The position numbers were made by a program, and so were the translations under genes. Shown piece by piece: positions 13,500 through 26,838 of a DNA stretch of 64,000 bases (positions are counted from its first letter, which is position 1; every line of letters begins with the position of its first letter). Where the stretch lies: assembly GCA_028023455.1 (NCBI GenBank), contig JAQFVV010000007.1, forward strand, positions 17,112,001 through 17,176,000, in the 5' to 3' direction. The notes below the pieces were generated by a model that saw only the letters and a program-made list of their open reading frames with translations, was not told the DNA's origin and searched no databases. Source of the DNA: Epiperipatus broadwayi (taxonomy: Eukaryota > Animalia > Onychophora).

Positions 13500-14900
13500 T
13501 TATGTTAGCAGGTTGTTCTATCATGGGTTAAGGCATGAAACACAATCACATTTCATGTTGTATGATCCAGATGGGTTGGCACTTTTAAGACTTTTTTGAA
13601 TAGTTAAATTATGTCACTATGTAACACCAAGCATTAGGAGATAGAACAGCAGATATTTTGAAACCAATCAGCAATTACTTTTTCACTAGGAGATAATGCA
13701 TCTTTATAATTTGAGCATCAATATTTTTCTTAAATACAACTGAAATTAAATATGCATTAGGAGTAGCAATTCATATTATCTATTGTAATTCAATCAATTT
13801 ACTCACATAGTAAGTAATTCATTCTATTTGTTTCAGAGCCATCAATTGCCTAATCAATTAACGCTAGTAACCATTGGTCGTCACCACTAACTGATGCTCT
13901 TCGGCGAACTAAAACCATAAACCAATTTAATAATTGCTGTGCATGCTACCACCTAATGTATACTTTATTATTCAGGGTTACTACAAACAGAAAAAATACA
14001 AGAAATTTCAAAAAGATGGACTCAATTTCAAAGTAATATATTTGCCAATGCCAACAAGTTACAGTTACACACACAAAAAAAAATTAATGGATTAACAAAA
14101 GCAACTCAAAGTATCTTCTTCCATTGAAGACATTACGGGCATGATTTTATTTTAGAGATTGTCCAGATTAGACACTAATGGTGACACAAAAACATGATTT
14201 TTGGCATACAATCCACAGGAAAAAGTTAGTGTAATGTCTGGAGATCAAGAGTGTAGCACCAACGCATGGAACTCCAAGTTCCACGCAATCTATCCAATGT
14301 TGAAGTAGCATGTTATTTAGAAACATCAACTTATACAGGCTATATAGACACACTTGAATTATCTTGCTTTCCTTTAAATTCAGTGTTTGCCCTGTGCTCT
14401 TCCCATACACAAACAGCCTGTTTCTTCAAATTCTTAATATCAAATGACTAATGCAATTTGGCATTAGGTGATTAATGCCAAATTATTATTGAAATGCATG
14501 CCGCACTGCAATTATGGATTGTCTTATTGAACTACAGAACAAGGAAAGTTGGTGCAAATGATAGGTTAGATGCTGCTTGTGCATTGAGACATCTAATGGT
14601 AATTATTTGAATTCTATGCATTAATTTTTCATTCACGGATAGTTCACAGTTGTAGAGATATAATGACTTCAAATTAGATCCATCTTTTTGATATATACTG
14701 TGCAATGAATTATTGTTCAGAATGCAGATGCTTCATTTGGTTAATTGTTCTAAATATGTGTTAATTCATTCACTATCAATTTCAACACTGAGCACAGATT
14801 TTTTTAAAGATAAATTAACAAGATGGAACTTTTCACCTGCACAAACATTTTCTGAATGCAAGAAAAATTAGAACAATTTGCTTTTACTTCATCAAAAGGT
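13500..14900 (+). pseudogene. Highly degenerate hAT-family (ZMYM1-like) transposase remnant
   Basis: Scattered plus-strand motifs SVMSG (about 14230) and LTRWNFS (about 14820) resemble the hAT GAxxMSG and TRWNS motifs. There are many stops. Confidence 0.45.
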
Positions 14901-15207
14901 ATTATAAAATATAATTTTTGCGTATGTAAATATTATTTTTTTTATTAATACTAGAAATAAATAATTTGCTGCAAAGATAATATTAAAAAAAAAACAGTGA
15001 CTGGACGTAGGTCTTTAATAATCCAGGCTTAATTTGATTTCATTTGAAACATCATGAGCAAATAAACAACTGCTCCATAAAAGCTATTTAATTTTTTTAA
15101 AAAACTTATAAATTATACAAAAAAATATGTTAAGGACTCTAATTGCAAGAAAATCAAGTCATACATCATATGACTTAATTTAATAAGCTTGTACTACAAA
15201 TCAAATA

Positions 15208-15818
15208 TTATATAATGAGAATGCTGATAGCTCTTAACAAGCTTTTTCAGAATATCCCTATCCTCAGACCAGTTTCTAGCTCTGGCTGTACTCAGTGAGG
15301 CGCTAGGATATTCAGGCATTAGATTTAAAGACACTAGGTCAAGCCAGCATTTATCTAATAGTTAACTATTAGGTAGAAAATCTGAAAATCAGACATCTAT
15401 ATGGCTTCAAATCCATCTAACTTAAATAGCCATATAGGATTAATCTAATGCCTGAATATCCTAGCGCCTCACTGACAACAGTCAAAGCTAGAAACCGGTC
15501 TAGGTATATTCGGAAAAGCTTGAGGTTTTGACAATTTTACATTGCTAAAGCTATCAATACATGGTGTATCTGAATTTAGTTCAGTCCCATATTGCTATTT
15601 AAGTTAGATAACTGAATTTGAAAACATATGGATGTCTGAAAATTTCAGATTTTCTACTTAATAGTTAACTATTAGACAAATGCGGGGCTTGGCCTCGTAT
15701 CTTTAAATCTAATGCCTGAATATTCTAGCGGCTCACTGATGACAGCCAGAACTAGAAACCGATCAGTAGGGATATTCGGAAAAGCTTGTTAAGAGCTATT
15801 AGCATGCTCATTATATAA
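15208..15818. repeat. Foldback MITE with about 240-bp arms and an extra internal copy of part of one arm
   Basis: The termini are TTATATAATGAG..GCTCTTAACAAGCTTTT and AAAAGCTTGTTAAGAGC..CTCATTATATAA. Segment 15441-15530 repeats 15706-15790 directly and is inverted relative to 15240-15325. Confidence 0.88.
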
Positions 15819-18150
15819 CGTTAAGGACTCTATACAAAATATATCTAGATTATTAATCTTATCACTTTGATGAATTTTTTGTTTATTTAAGTAACCATAA
15901 TATATGCACAAAATGACTATTGGAGAACTATTCTTCAATACTGTTCCAAAAAACAAATAGCGGAAAGTTTGTTTGGTATGTTTTTGTAAATGTATTATAT
16001 TTAAATTTTCTCTTTATAATCAAAGTGTTATAAGTTGTAAAAAATAATCAAATATATAATATCAATTTTTACAACACAAGAAATTAGAAAAGACTGCTAA
16101 TCAACTTTTATTGAAATAATTCCTGCAAATTTCCAGCAATTTTAAAAGCCACAAAAATAAATTCATAATTATAGGGAATTATAATAAATGTTACAAAATA
16201 TATGCATTTGGTATAAAAATCATAAATTAATAAAAAGGCAAATTATGGATAATAACTATCATGAAAATAAATATTATAAAACACTTTTAAAATTAAATTT
16301 ATAATGCATATTCATAACTGCATATGGGTAGCAAAAATTTAGATCTCAGAAATTCAATCGTTTTATCTACATACATGTTTTTGAATAAGATTATAAAATA
16401 TGGCAAGCAGTAAATCCAAATTCTGGTATTTACCTTCTAAATTGAGCTTTAGAACTAACAAAGTCCAATTTGAAACTACAATACTGTATAATTAAGTATA
16501 TCAAATTATATCAAAAAACCCTGAGGAGGATATCAAAAATTTGTGAAATCATTAAACAAATAATTATAGTAATTTCCACATAATCATTTCTTTACTTTCC
16601 ATTATTTCTTTATGCAGACTTAACGATAACATACACATCACACAATAAAAAATCAAATCATCAATCATTTTATATGTTGAACGTTCATTTTTATAGAGAC
16701 ACTAGTTGTATAATGTGATAATTTTTCTAACAATTAAGAAATATAGGCATACTATAGGTATTTCCTTCTTCAAACAAACTGCATCTTTGTACCAAAAAAA
16801 AAAAAAAAATTAAATTTTCAAAAACTGATTTAAATTATCGTTAGCCTGTTAAGAATGGATAAACTCACATATAGCTGTTTTCAGATAGTCGCAAACTTTT
16901 AACATTTTAATGTCATTCTACACATACCTCGCAAATTAAGATCATCATGATAAAACAAGCTCCTGAAAAGTTTAAAATAAGATTTAAGTAGCCAAAATTT
17001 AAAACCTACAATCTCATAATAAATTTGCTTCACTGCCAACGTAGATTTCTCAAGTGGCAATTAATTGTGAGATTTTTAGTTTTTAAATTTTGATTCCTTT
17101 TTTTAATTTCGAATTTGGTATTTCCTTTACATATACATATATAAAAGAATAATGTAAATATCTAACTATTTAAGATATTATTATAAGACACATTAAGACT
17201 CCAAGAACCCTACCTTTAAACTGTAAGTGAAAGATGAAGTTTAAGCCTAGTATAGTTTGATAAGAGTAGAAAAACTTCAATATCATACATGTGTGTGCAC
17301 AGTCTCTCTTCAGTTTTCAGTTGTTGATTGCAAGAGGAGCTTAGCATAGTACTATATTATAATAATATATTCTATTCCATAGATGAAGCTTTGCTATATC
17401 TGAATTACAGTACTCATACATATACACAGGATTAAGTCCAAACAGGTAATCATAGGTTATCTTTGACATGAATCATTATATGCGTGTGGTCAAATATACA
17501 TTATATAAAGCAATACTATTATATATATATTAAAAAAACTTCTATATGTAACAAAATAATGCAAACAACTGTAATAAAATCATAAATTAAAGGACATCCA
17601 GAACTTAATAAAATTAATAAGTCATTCAAGATAAAAATAATGCATCATTGGACAAAAATAAAATATTACTAAGAATGTTAGAAAATAATCTAATGGCTTT
17701 CTTGCTTGACAGTTTATAACCCGAATGACCTTATGCTGGTTTCGGAATGAGATAGACGCAAGAATACTTAAGCCTATTACTGTCACCTAATATTTTACAT
17801 CAAAGCTTGTGAAAGTTTCTCAAATCATTATAGCTTGTATAATAGTAATACAAGCGATGCATAAACCATTCAATATTTAATACATAAATTACAAAATTTC
17901 TACAATCATCAAAAAAGTAATTTCAACGGAAACTAAATATCCAGTCAGAGTAGATACATTATTTTAACTTATTTATCCTACTTGACATTCAGATAGCTAC
18001 AATAATCAAGTTGTTTTTTTTTTAAAAACTCATCTCAATTATTTTTATTTGTGAGGAGCAGGAGGTAGGTAATACGCTATACAATTAAGTTATGTACCCT
18101 TAACAATGAATGGTCAAACATAAATTTATCCATATTGTTTTCAAATAATT

Positions 18151-18400
18151 AATAATGTTTCCAACACAACTGAAATTAAATAACTAAATAAAAATTAATA
18201 TTTTCTTTATTATTAAACTGGTTTTCACCCTAAATTAGAGCTTTTTCAAAATATATCTTTCTAATACAATCGCAAATGTGATTGTATTAGAAAAGTGTAT
18301 TTCGAAAAGATCCTAATATAAGGTGATAAACAGTTCAATAATAAAGAAAATATTTATTTTTATAGGGTTGTTTAATTTCAGTTGTATTGGAATCATTATT
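18151..18400. repeat. About 250-bp near-perfect palindrome (MITE-like) with a 4-nt spacer
   Basis: The centre is TTTCTAATACAATCGC-AAAT-GTGATTGTATTAGAAA. The arms extend to CAACTGAAATTAAA/TTTAATTTCAGTTG. Confidence 0.88.
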
Positions 18401-21400
18401 CAGTATTTATCATAATCCCAAATTTAATAATAATAATCTTTAAAATACATAAAATATATCTGAAAAAATACCAGTATATAAAATAATCTTCCGTAAATTC
18501 AGTAAGATAGACTCATAAGTCTTAATATTCCAATTATTTTTTTGTCAACAAAAGAAGCTCTTCTGCTAGCTACCCAATCTTCTATATAATATCAAATTCA
18601 GTAATTATAATTAGCGAGAATAAATTATTTTCAATATTTATGGCAAGGGAGGGGAACTCCTAGCCTGTAGACAAAGTTCGGCTTTTGAAAACTCAGTCCA
18701 GTCCCCAGACATTTTAACAACCGTAAATAAAATGGATCTATATAAAATCCCTATTTAAACATACATATGGTGCAGTGCAAATATATATGCAATATTAAAT
18801 TAAGAATTAAATAAAATAAAAATATTTGCTCAACTATAGCTTTTTTTCTTTCCAACCTCTATCAAAATTCTACGAGAAGTGCAATATTCTAACAAATTAT
18901 CTATATTGTATGGTCTATCTGACTATGGATTCAATCTAATCTACGATGCTGAAGGGGTTTTGCTTGTTTTTAGTGATATTCACAGACGAATGTATAACTA
19001 GCAAAAGTAAAACTCGAATTTTATTTCATTTTATTATTATTTTGCATTTAATGTTTTTTTTTAAATTAGAATGGCTACAGGTGTAAGATAAGAAAAATTG
19101 ACACAGAAAATCGCACATATGAAAAAAATGAACTAATGCTTTTTTTTACCACAGAAAAAAAAAATACTAAATCAATTTTCCTGCTATGGTTGGAAAGTAT
19201 TTCAATTAATAAAGAACTCATTATTAAGAGACAATACTTATCAAGACATTCTGACCACAACAAAATTATTGGGGAAGAAATATTAAAATAAAAAACCTTG
19301 AAAAGGAGCTTCAAGTAGCTGACATGTTTTATAAAAAGTTACAAACAAGACACAAAATTCTCTGAAAGTTATTTCAAAAAAAAAAAAAGTAGAAAATTTG
19401 AAACCATTTTCTCAAGAGGAATTTATAAAAGACTGCAGAATTAATCTGTCAAGAAAAAAAAAATTATCACTATCATTAAAAGGGAGAAAGTTGAAAATTG
19501 GCCTACCAATTGAAAAAGTTGTCCAGCAATAATGATTATTAGAGGTAAATTAATTAAATTTGAGATCACATATAGTAAGCTAATTTTTAAGCCGATAATT
19601 TTGTGTAGTCTACAAATGAGATTATAAATATCCAAATGACTCTTGGAAAGCAAAAGGTCCCCCCCCCCCCGATTTATGATAATAATATAATTATGGCATC
19701 ACTTTATTTTCAAAAGCAGAACTAGTAAGTACTCATCTCAATAGCCAAAGGAAAGAAATCTCTAAATAAATGCAAACAAGTGATTGCTTATGTTCTGATA
19801 TTTATTCAAATATCAGATCATAAGATATAATCTTTCATAAGAATACCAAGTATTTTGTGTTTGGGGGGGGGGGGGGGTGAGCATTAACATTTGTGAGACT
19901 TTATCATAATATTCTTATGGAAGATTATATTACAATATTTGGTATTTATTTCAATTATCATGTTTACATAAAATATATACATTAATTACAAAATTACTGT
20001 AAAAATATATGTACATATATGAAAAAATATGTTTATACAAGAATGTGCATAAAACCATATCAGTTAATATTCTATACTATATACCATAGTCTGATATCAC
20101 AAGAAAAAACAAAACAATAATCAGTGAAAAGATCTTTTAAAACACTTGATATAAAATGGTAGGTACCATATTGTAGTCATTCCATCTCGAAAATTAATTG
20201 CATTATCAGGTACAAAAGCAGATTTCTTACACTTGTAACTAACTTTGTTAAATACTACACTGTGCTATTATCAGATCATAGAATGCAATATACTAAATCT
20301 TCCAAAACCACCTTTTAATTTCAATACCAATAGAATCGTTTAATTAAAATTGTTCTTCCTTGCACCAATACGTTGTACACACGCTCTGCAAAAATATACA
20401 TTAACCAATAATATTAAGATTTATGGGACTTGTATAAGTCTTCAAAAATATATATACTCTTTGATAAGCTTTACATTACATTCTAACATCACTAAAAGAA
20501 ATGATATCCAATGCAAAACAATTCAAAATTATAGTTAATACTTTAATTGATTAAATATTAAATTTTCAAAACAGCAAACATTCTAATAGTATTTACATAT
20601 TTCCTCTGTGATTTTAGAAACAGTCTTTCTAACTTTGCAATATTTATCTAAAAAAAAAAAAAAATGGCTGAAAAAAATGAACTTTCTTGTCATGATTTCA
20701 CATTTTCCATCTTCTATGAAAAGGCACAAATAAAAAAGTAAGTATTTCAAGATCATCTTGCTTGTAGACATCGTAATTTTTGGATTACAAGTACCTAAAA
20801 AACATATATATACAAATTAGTTTGGATAATCCAACAGAAAATACAAAAAAGAATAAAAATAAAATTCTAAGTATTGTTATTCAAATCAAATTCAAACAAC
20901 AAATAATCCATGCGCTTGCAAAAAACCACAAGTATATGTGGCGTGCGTAATAAACTTCACTTATAGATAGATTTCATGAAGATATATACTAACATAACTT
21001 TTGCTCTGTCTGTAAGTCACATCTAACATCTTATGCCAGCAATAAGCTAATCAGAAAGTAATTGTAATGTAATCAGCTGCAAAAGTCTTAAATATAACTG
21101 ATACACAAAATAAAATAAAATATGAGATAAGGAGTTTGATATGCACAATCCTCATACCATATATCAAATTATCTGCAGTTAACCTGTAATAGGGGTTACC
21201 TAAATGCATATTTTGATCTAGTTTTATTAATCTATGTGCTGAAAATCAATAAATACTTTCTAATAATATCACTTAATTTTAAAACCACAATGCAAGCATA
21301 GTAAGAAATTTCAGTTAATACTTTGTAGCAATATGGCAGACACACGAACAATTCCCTGACTAATTATATGCCTTCTAATAGAAATCATTTTTCTTCGATC

Positions 21401-24400
21401 AATGGCTATTTTTTTTTATTACCTTGCATAAGCCAAAGAACTAAAATTTCAAACACATTAACAATAGGAAATTCTGATGGGTTTCTATCACAAAGCCAAT
21501 GGGCTAGATCTCAAGTCAATTGTCTTACTTTAACTGACATTTGTTGATTTCAATCAGTACTTGCATTGTGATTTCCAAAAGTGGAAGAAAGATATCACTA
21601 TTATGGTGATATGTAGATAACATTTAAGTTCAAATTATAGGTATTTATAATTTTCAGATCATTTAAATTATGAACCAATGAATTTCAATCTAGCTGAGAG
21701 TCAAATAGCCAGAAGCAGTGTTTGCACTTCCACCGGAACTTTTCTGACTAACTATTTATTTAAATTACAGATATTACAAAAAAACATTGCGTTTTGACAG
21801 TCAACAATGGCAGCTTGCCATTTCGTCTCCAAATTCTCATTCATCAATATAACCACTCACAAATATGTCCATTCTAAATAATAAAAAAAAGACAAAGGAC
21901 AAAAAATTAAAGACTTCTTTCAACTATAAAACTACTCTGTAATATCACAAACATTTAAACGATTTCTGATATTGTCTTTTAACTTTTTAGGAGCATACTT
22001 TTTATGGAAGGTTTCAAAACTCACCTAATTGTCATTCTCATTGTGTTCCATTTTCAGTAATATTCTCCAATCGATATTATACCCCTTTAAATGTTGTTTA
22101 CATTCATCTTCATAGGTCTGCCTCTCCCACAAAAACCATCTGCTGCTATTCATTTATTTCATGCCTTAATTGAATGAAGATGTGCTTTTAAAAGAGTACA
22201 TTCAATATACATAGCACATGGACTCAATGATCATATGATCTTTAAAGGATCCTTAAATAAAAATTTTCAGTTCAGTTCTTTTATACTATGACAGAGAGTT
22301 CATGGCTAGCGTTATGTCGTTATAGTTGATCCTACTGTTTATATACAAGTGAATAAAAATCAAAATATTTATTTAGCAAAATGAAAAAATGGAAAAGTAA
22401 AATTCATTCCCATTTAATTAATGGGGCCAAATTCGAATTATTGCTTAATTCAATTCTTCTCCCTTCACCATCATTTCCAACTGAATGTTTTATTAGATAT
22501 TTTTTCTTGTTCTACCAGGATTATTAACATTATCAAAAAAAAAAATGCGTCTCTAACTTAATCTATGATATTCAATCTTTAGAAGCATTAATGTGCAAGT
22601 AACTCAGGATTCTATTTGTACTCAGCTCTAGCAAACAATTTATCAGCTTGTCAATAGTTTTAATTCTGTTGAGTAAATTCAATTTGCATATTGTCATATC
22701 ACTTATATACAATTTTCCAATCCATTTTTACAACATTTATAAACTCTTCAATATAAATCTGAATAGGAAAACCTGAGAATATTTATAAATTGCTTTATAA
22801 ATCTGAACCAAAAACTTAACAATTATGTAAGTTAAGAGAATAGTGAATACCATTCTCTATTAGCAAATACTTTTTGAACAGAATATGCGTCACATGAATT
22901 GCACATCAGGACAATTAAGACGTTAAACATTAGATCTCAGGCATTATCCCAAATCAACATGCATAAAGGTATTTCTTATTTTGGTCTGTTTTGACCCTAC
23001 AAACATAATCTATTTCTTTTACATTCACATAATAAAGACCTTCCAAATATAATAATAATTATTTTACTTCCACAAACATGTTTTATGCAATTTTTTTTTA
23101 AATTTTAAGAATTCATTAAAGGTTATGACATAGTTCTAAAATTAATAAGTTAAAATAAATGACATTAGAGAAAAATGGTAAGCAATGACAAACTATCATC
23201 AACTATGATAAAGTTTATCTCTTGGTTATACTACATTTAGATAGAAAACTTAATGTGCAATAAGCTTATAATTATCCTTAGTACTTGAGAAACCTACCAT
23301 ATATCATGGGAATCATAGTCAGCTCATGTTTCTATCTTTTGACAAATTTATTTAAAAAAATAAAGAAAATGTTTCATTTTTTTCAGAGTATATAGAAATG
23401 TTAACTCTTACAATTGTCACATTTCTAGTAACTTAATTCTACTTAGAAGATTCTCTTAAGTAAACAAATCACAATGCAACATTACAATATGTATACTGTG
23501 TTTGCGAAAAAGTGACATTAGTTTTTAAGAATGGTAGGATCCATAGACTGTACAATTTGATAGACAAATCAAATAGTATATGCTTATTCTCATCAAATCA
23601 ATGATCAAATAACGCACCAAATCATACAATGAACATGTTTTTAAAGGCTTAGTTACTAATTTAATTCACCTAATTCAAATTATCAGTTTATTTTTTAAAA
23701 TCTCTCCGATGTCTAAATATGACAATAATTGTTTCATCAACCGTAAGACAATTGATCTTATACAGTACCTTGCAATATTACGTTTTTTTCTCAATGATAT
23801 AGGCTTTAGAGATGAAATACATCATATAACTTCATAAATACAATGTACTATATTAGAAAGCATTAAACTAAACACATTTTCATATAAACAAATATTATTT
23901 TAAATTAATAACAATAAAACACTCAATGCAACTAAGCCAAGGCTTAAATTTACTGTACAATTTATTTCTCATATAAGAGAACTTCAGTTTAAATTGTTAA
24001 AATCTAATAGCAAAAATATATTAAAACTATTGAGATTTTAAAAATTTAAAAAAAAAATTTAATATTACGCTTTAATAATATGAACTATTTCCACTATAAT
24101 GTTTTAAAAGGAAATTCATAAATCAAGGACCATCAATATTTAACGAAAGTCATTGGCTGACAAAGCATAAGTGTGCACAAGACTATTCCATTTCAGGTTG
24201 TTTTAGCTTGTTCTTCTGCCAGCTAATATTTAGTAGAAGTTTGGTTACCAATATAATTCTCTTACCAGTTAACTTGTATTTTTAATTACGCTGTACTGTT
24301 TTTCTTTAATCATATTACATATGTCATGCATAATAATTTGAATCACAAATCAGAAAAATGAATTTAAAAAGACCAATATGAAGATCAAAAAAAAAAAAAT

Positions 24401-25259
24401 ACTTTTCATGCAGAAAAGTTATAAAACTATCAGAGATCAATTATGAAATATAAAATTTCTTTTCAAAAAATAAAGATAAAAATAAAATAAAATATGTTCA
24501 GGGTAAAAAAGGAAATTTCTGGATATGCTGTTCACATTGTAATGTCACAGAGAACATGGAAGTTTACTGATATGAATTAAGGAAATGCAAACAGCAGGTG
24601 ATAGTATCAATGTAACATCATATGCTTTTAAAAGTTCAATTTTAATTTCCAGTTCAGTGTGTAACAGCTCAGTACAATAAATTAATTTTACGTATACTTT
24701 CGTACTTATATTTTTAATGTGTAAATGATTGTGTAAGTAATGATATTCTATAAACATTTCACAAGTGTTCTGCGATAAGGCCAGATTATTATATCAAACT
24801 ATTTAACTTTATATCGATGCGATTATGTTTAGTTATTATTTTAATTATATTTTTTTAGGACTGACAGCACATTGACTGTAAGTATGTCAATCTTCGTGGT
24901 TTAGATTGGCAACATGTCGGAAGTGAATTTGTGCATCACATAGGACAAAGGTGCTTCTGATCTAATTGCTATGCACTTACTCAGAATTCTACTGCTGTCT
25001 GCTACTGTCTCCCTCCCATTATTAATGGAAGAACAGAGAAAGGTCAGATATTTAGCTATCGCTGCAGTTTGGTTTTGTCTGTTTTCAAACAAAGATAGTA
25101 CATGTATAATTGTTACACAGTTAAAATTCTATTAACAATTTTCTATTAACAAACAATTGTAAGTTAATTAAATATATATGTAATTATAATAAATTTTATA
25201 CCTCTAGAATTTATGGATTTATCACAAGAAAAAATAATTGATATAAGTTCAGATGACAG

Positions 25260-26472
25260 GCAGCCAGATTAAATAAAAAACCCAACTGTTCAAAAAAACG
25301 TAAAATTAATCTTCAGTATATGGATGATTATATGAATTGCTGTTTTCCACAGACAGGCAATAAAGATTATTCAATACCATTGTGTAGTGTATATGGACTT
25401 AAACTTGCTAATAGTGCAATGGTTCAGGCAAAACTCAAGCAACATTTTACAACTAAGCATGAAAATCTTACTTCAAAAGGAAAACATTTTTTTGAGAGAC
25501 TTTTAAATACGAAAAACAAATAAACGACATATTTTTAAAAAATTGTGAAATTATCAGATAAAATTCAAATAGCATCATACAAAATAGTAGAATTAGTAGC
25601 CAAGAAACAAAAATCACATACCATAATCGAGTCACTAATTTTTCCAGCATGTTGCAAAATCATCAACATTATATTGGGGGAAGATGCGAAAAAAGAAGTA
25701 ATGAAAATACCTCTCTCAAATAATTCAAAGAATAATTGATATGGCATGTGACATTGAAGGTAAACTTGCAAATAAACTTCACAATATATACTTCGTTCTT
25801 CAAATTGACGAATCCACTGATATCAATGGAAAAGTCATTTTACTTGGATTCATTAGATTTGTTAAAGAAAATAGAATAGTCAATGAATTTTTGTATTGTA
25901 AAGAGTGATCAGAAAAAACAATGGAAGAAACTATTTATAATGTGCCAGAGGAAGAGGAGCTTATATCCTTATTGTCTGACTGCACTTTGAAAATCAAGCG
26001 TGGTAAAACGAGTCTCAACGAATTCTGAATATATATTCAACAAGAATATCCACAAATGTTTTTCCACATTAATTAACAAAAACTAAAAAAAAATGAAATA
26101 TTAACAAATTGAGAGAATGAAATGAGAGTAGTATTGTTATGTATATGTCCCAACTTAGAAGAAATATGTAAAAAAAAAAAAAATGTAAAAAAAAACATCA
26201 GGTACAAGTTTCGTATTAAAGGAGTTACTTGAGTAAAACCATTTTCTCTATAACTATTTTTTCTTTATAAATTATGATTATATAATTATAATTTTTTCAA
26301 TAAATATTAGAATATAGCAATAAATATTAATTTGAAATTGTAAATCTCCAATTTTAATTAAAGAACTGGATAAACTTATTTCATTCAACTTAAGTAAGTA
26401 TTCCGCAATATTCCATCCAAAAATTTTCTTCACAACATTGTTCCGTACTTCAGAAAAGGTTGGGAACCATTG
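25260..26472 (+). mobile_element. Degenerate hAT (Buster/Charlie, ZBED5/SCAND3-like) DNA transposon
   Basis: Transposase fragments include LANSAMVQAKLKQHFTTKH, ASYKIVELVAKKQKSHTIIESLIFPAC...IPLSNN and LQIDESTD...GFIRFV. The right TIR is GGTTGGGAACCATTG (reverse complement CAATGGTTCCCAACC), ending at 26472. The middle of the transposase is deleted and I found no left TIR. Confidence 0.88.
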
Positions 26473-26724
26473 TTCTATGGTATGGATCTGGAACAAATTA
26501 TCCCTGACTACATGAATTTTAATGTATTGGGAATGAATACGTCATTTAACAAATGTGCCTCTGAAACCAATTACATTCAGAAAACAGATCTTCACTGTAT
26601 ACATAATATTCAATAACCGAAATAATATTTAAAAAAACAACTAAATTTTTGTTTTTCAAAAAATAAATAATTTCAGTGCCTAAACAAAACTTGCCATATC
26701 TCACCTTTGCATGATTCAATAGGT

Positions 26725-26838
26725 TCATTTTTTCTTGCCTTTTGCGACTGATTCAAATGCTCCGTCAAATTCTTTGTCTCCAATATTGAGCATAAGATTG
26801 CTAGCATTCAGATATACTCTGTTCTGAGAATTGGCAAT
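26725..26838 (-). CDS. PHB2: Prohibitin-2, terminal coding exon
   Basis: A long T-tract + CAG acceptor is followed by IANSQNRVYLNASNLMLNIGDKEFDGAFESVAKGKKK* (human [24 protein letters not shown]...KGKK*). It is in phase with the 44397-44474 exon. Confidence 0.96.
   Translation of the reverse strand: MANSQNRVYLNASNLMLNIGDKEFDGAFESVAKGKKK

Noticed and set aside
15730-15790. CTGATGA...GAAAC hammerhead-like string in the 15-kb foldback element
   Set aside because: Stem II lacks the closing pair, stems I and III cannot be formed, and the sibling copies do not keep CTGATGA.
20583-20790. Signal-peptide-like ORF MSTSKMILKYLLFYLCLFIEDGKC after a minus-strand acceptor-like site
   Set aside because: It runs through a homopolymer tract, has no homology I recognise and has no partner exons. 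Hydrophobic ORFs are expected by chance in AT-rich DNA.
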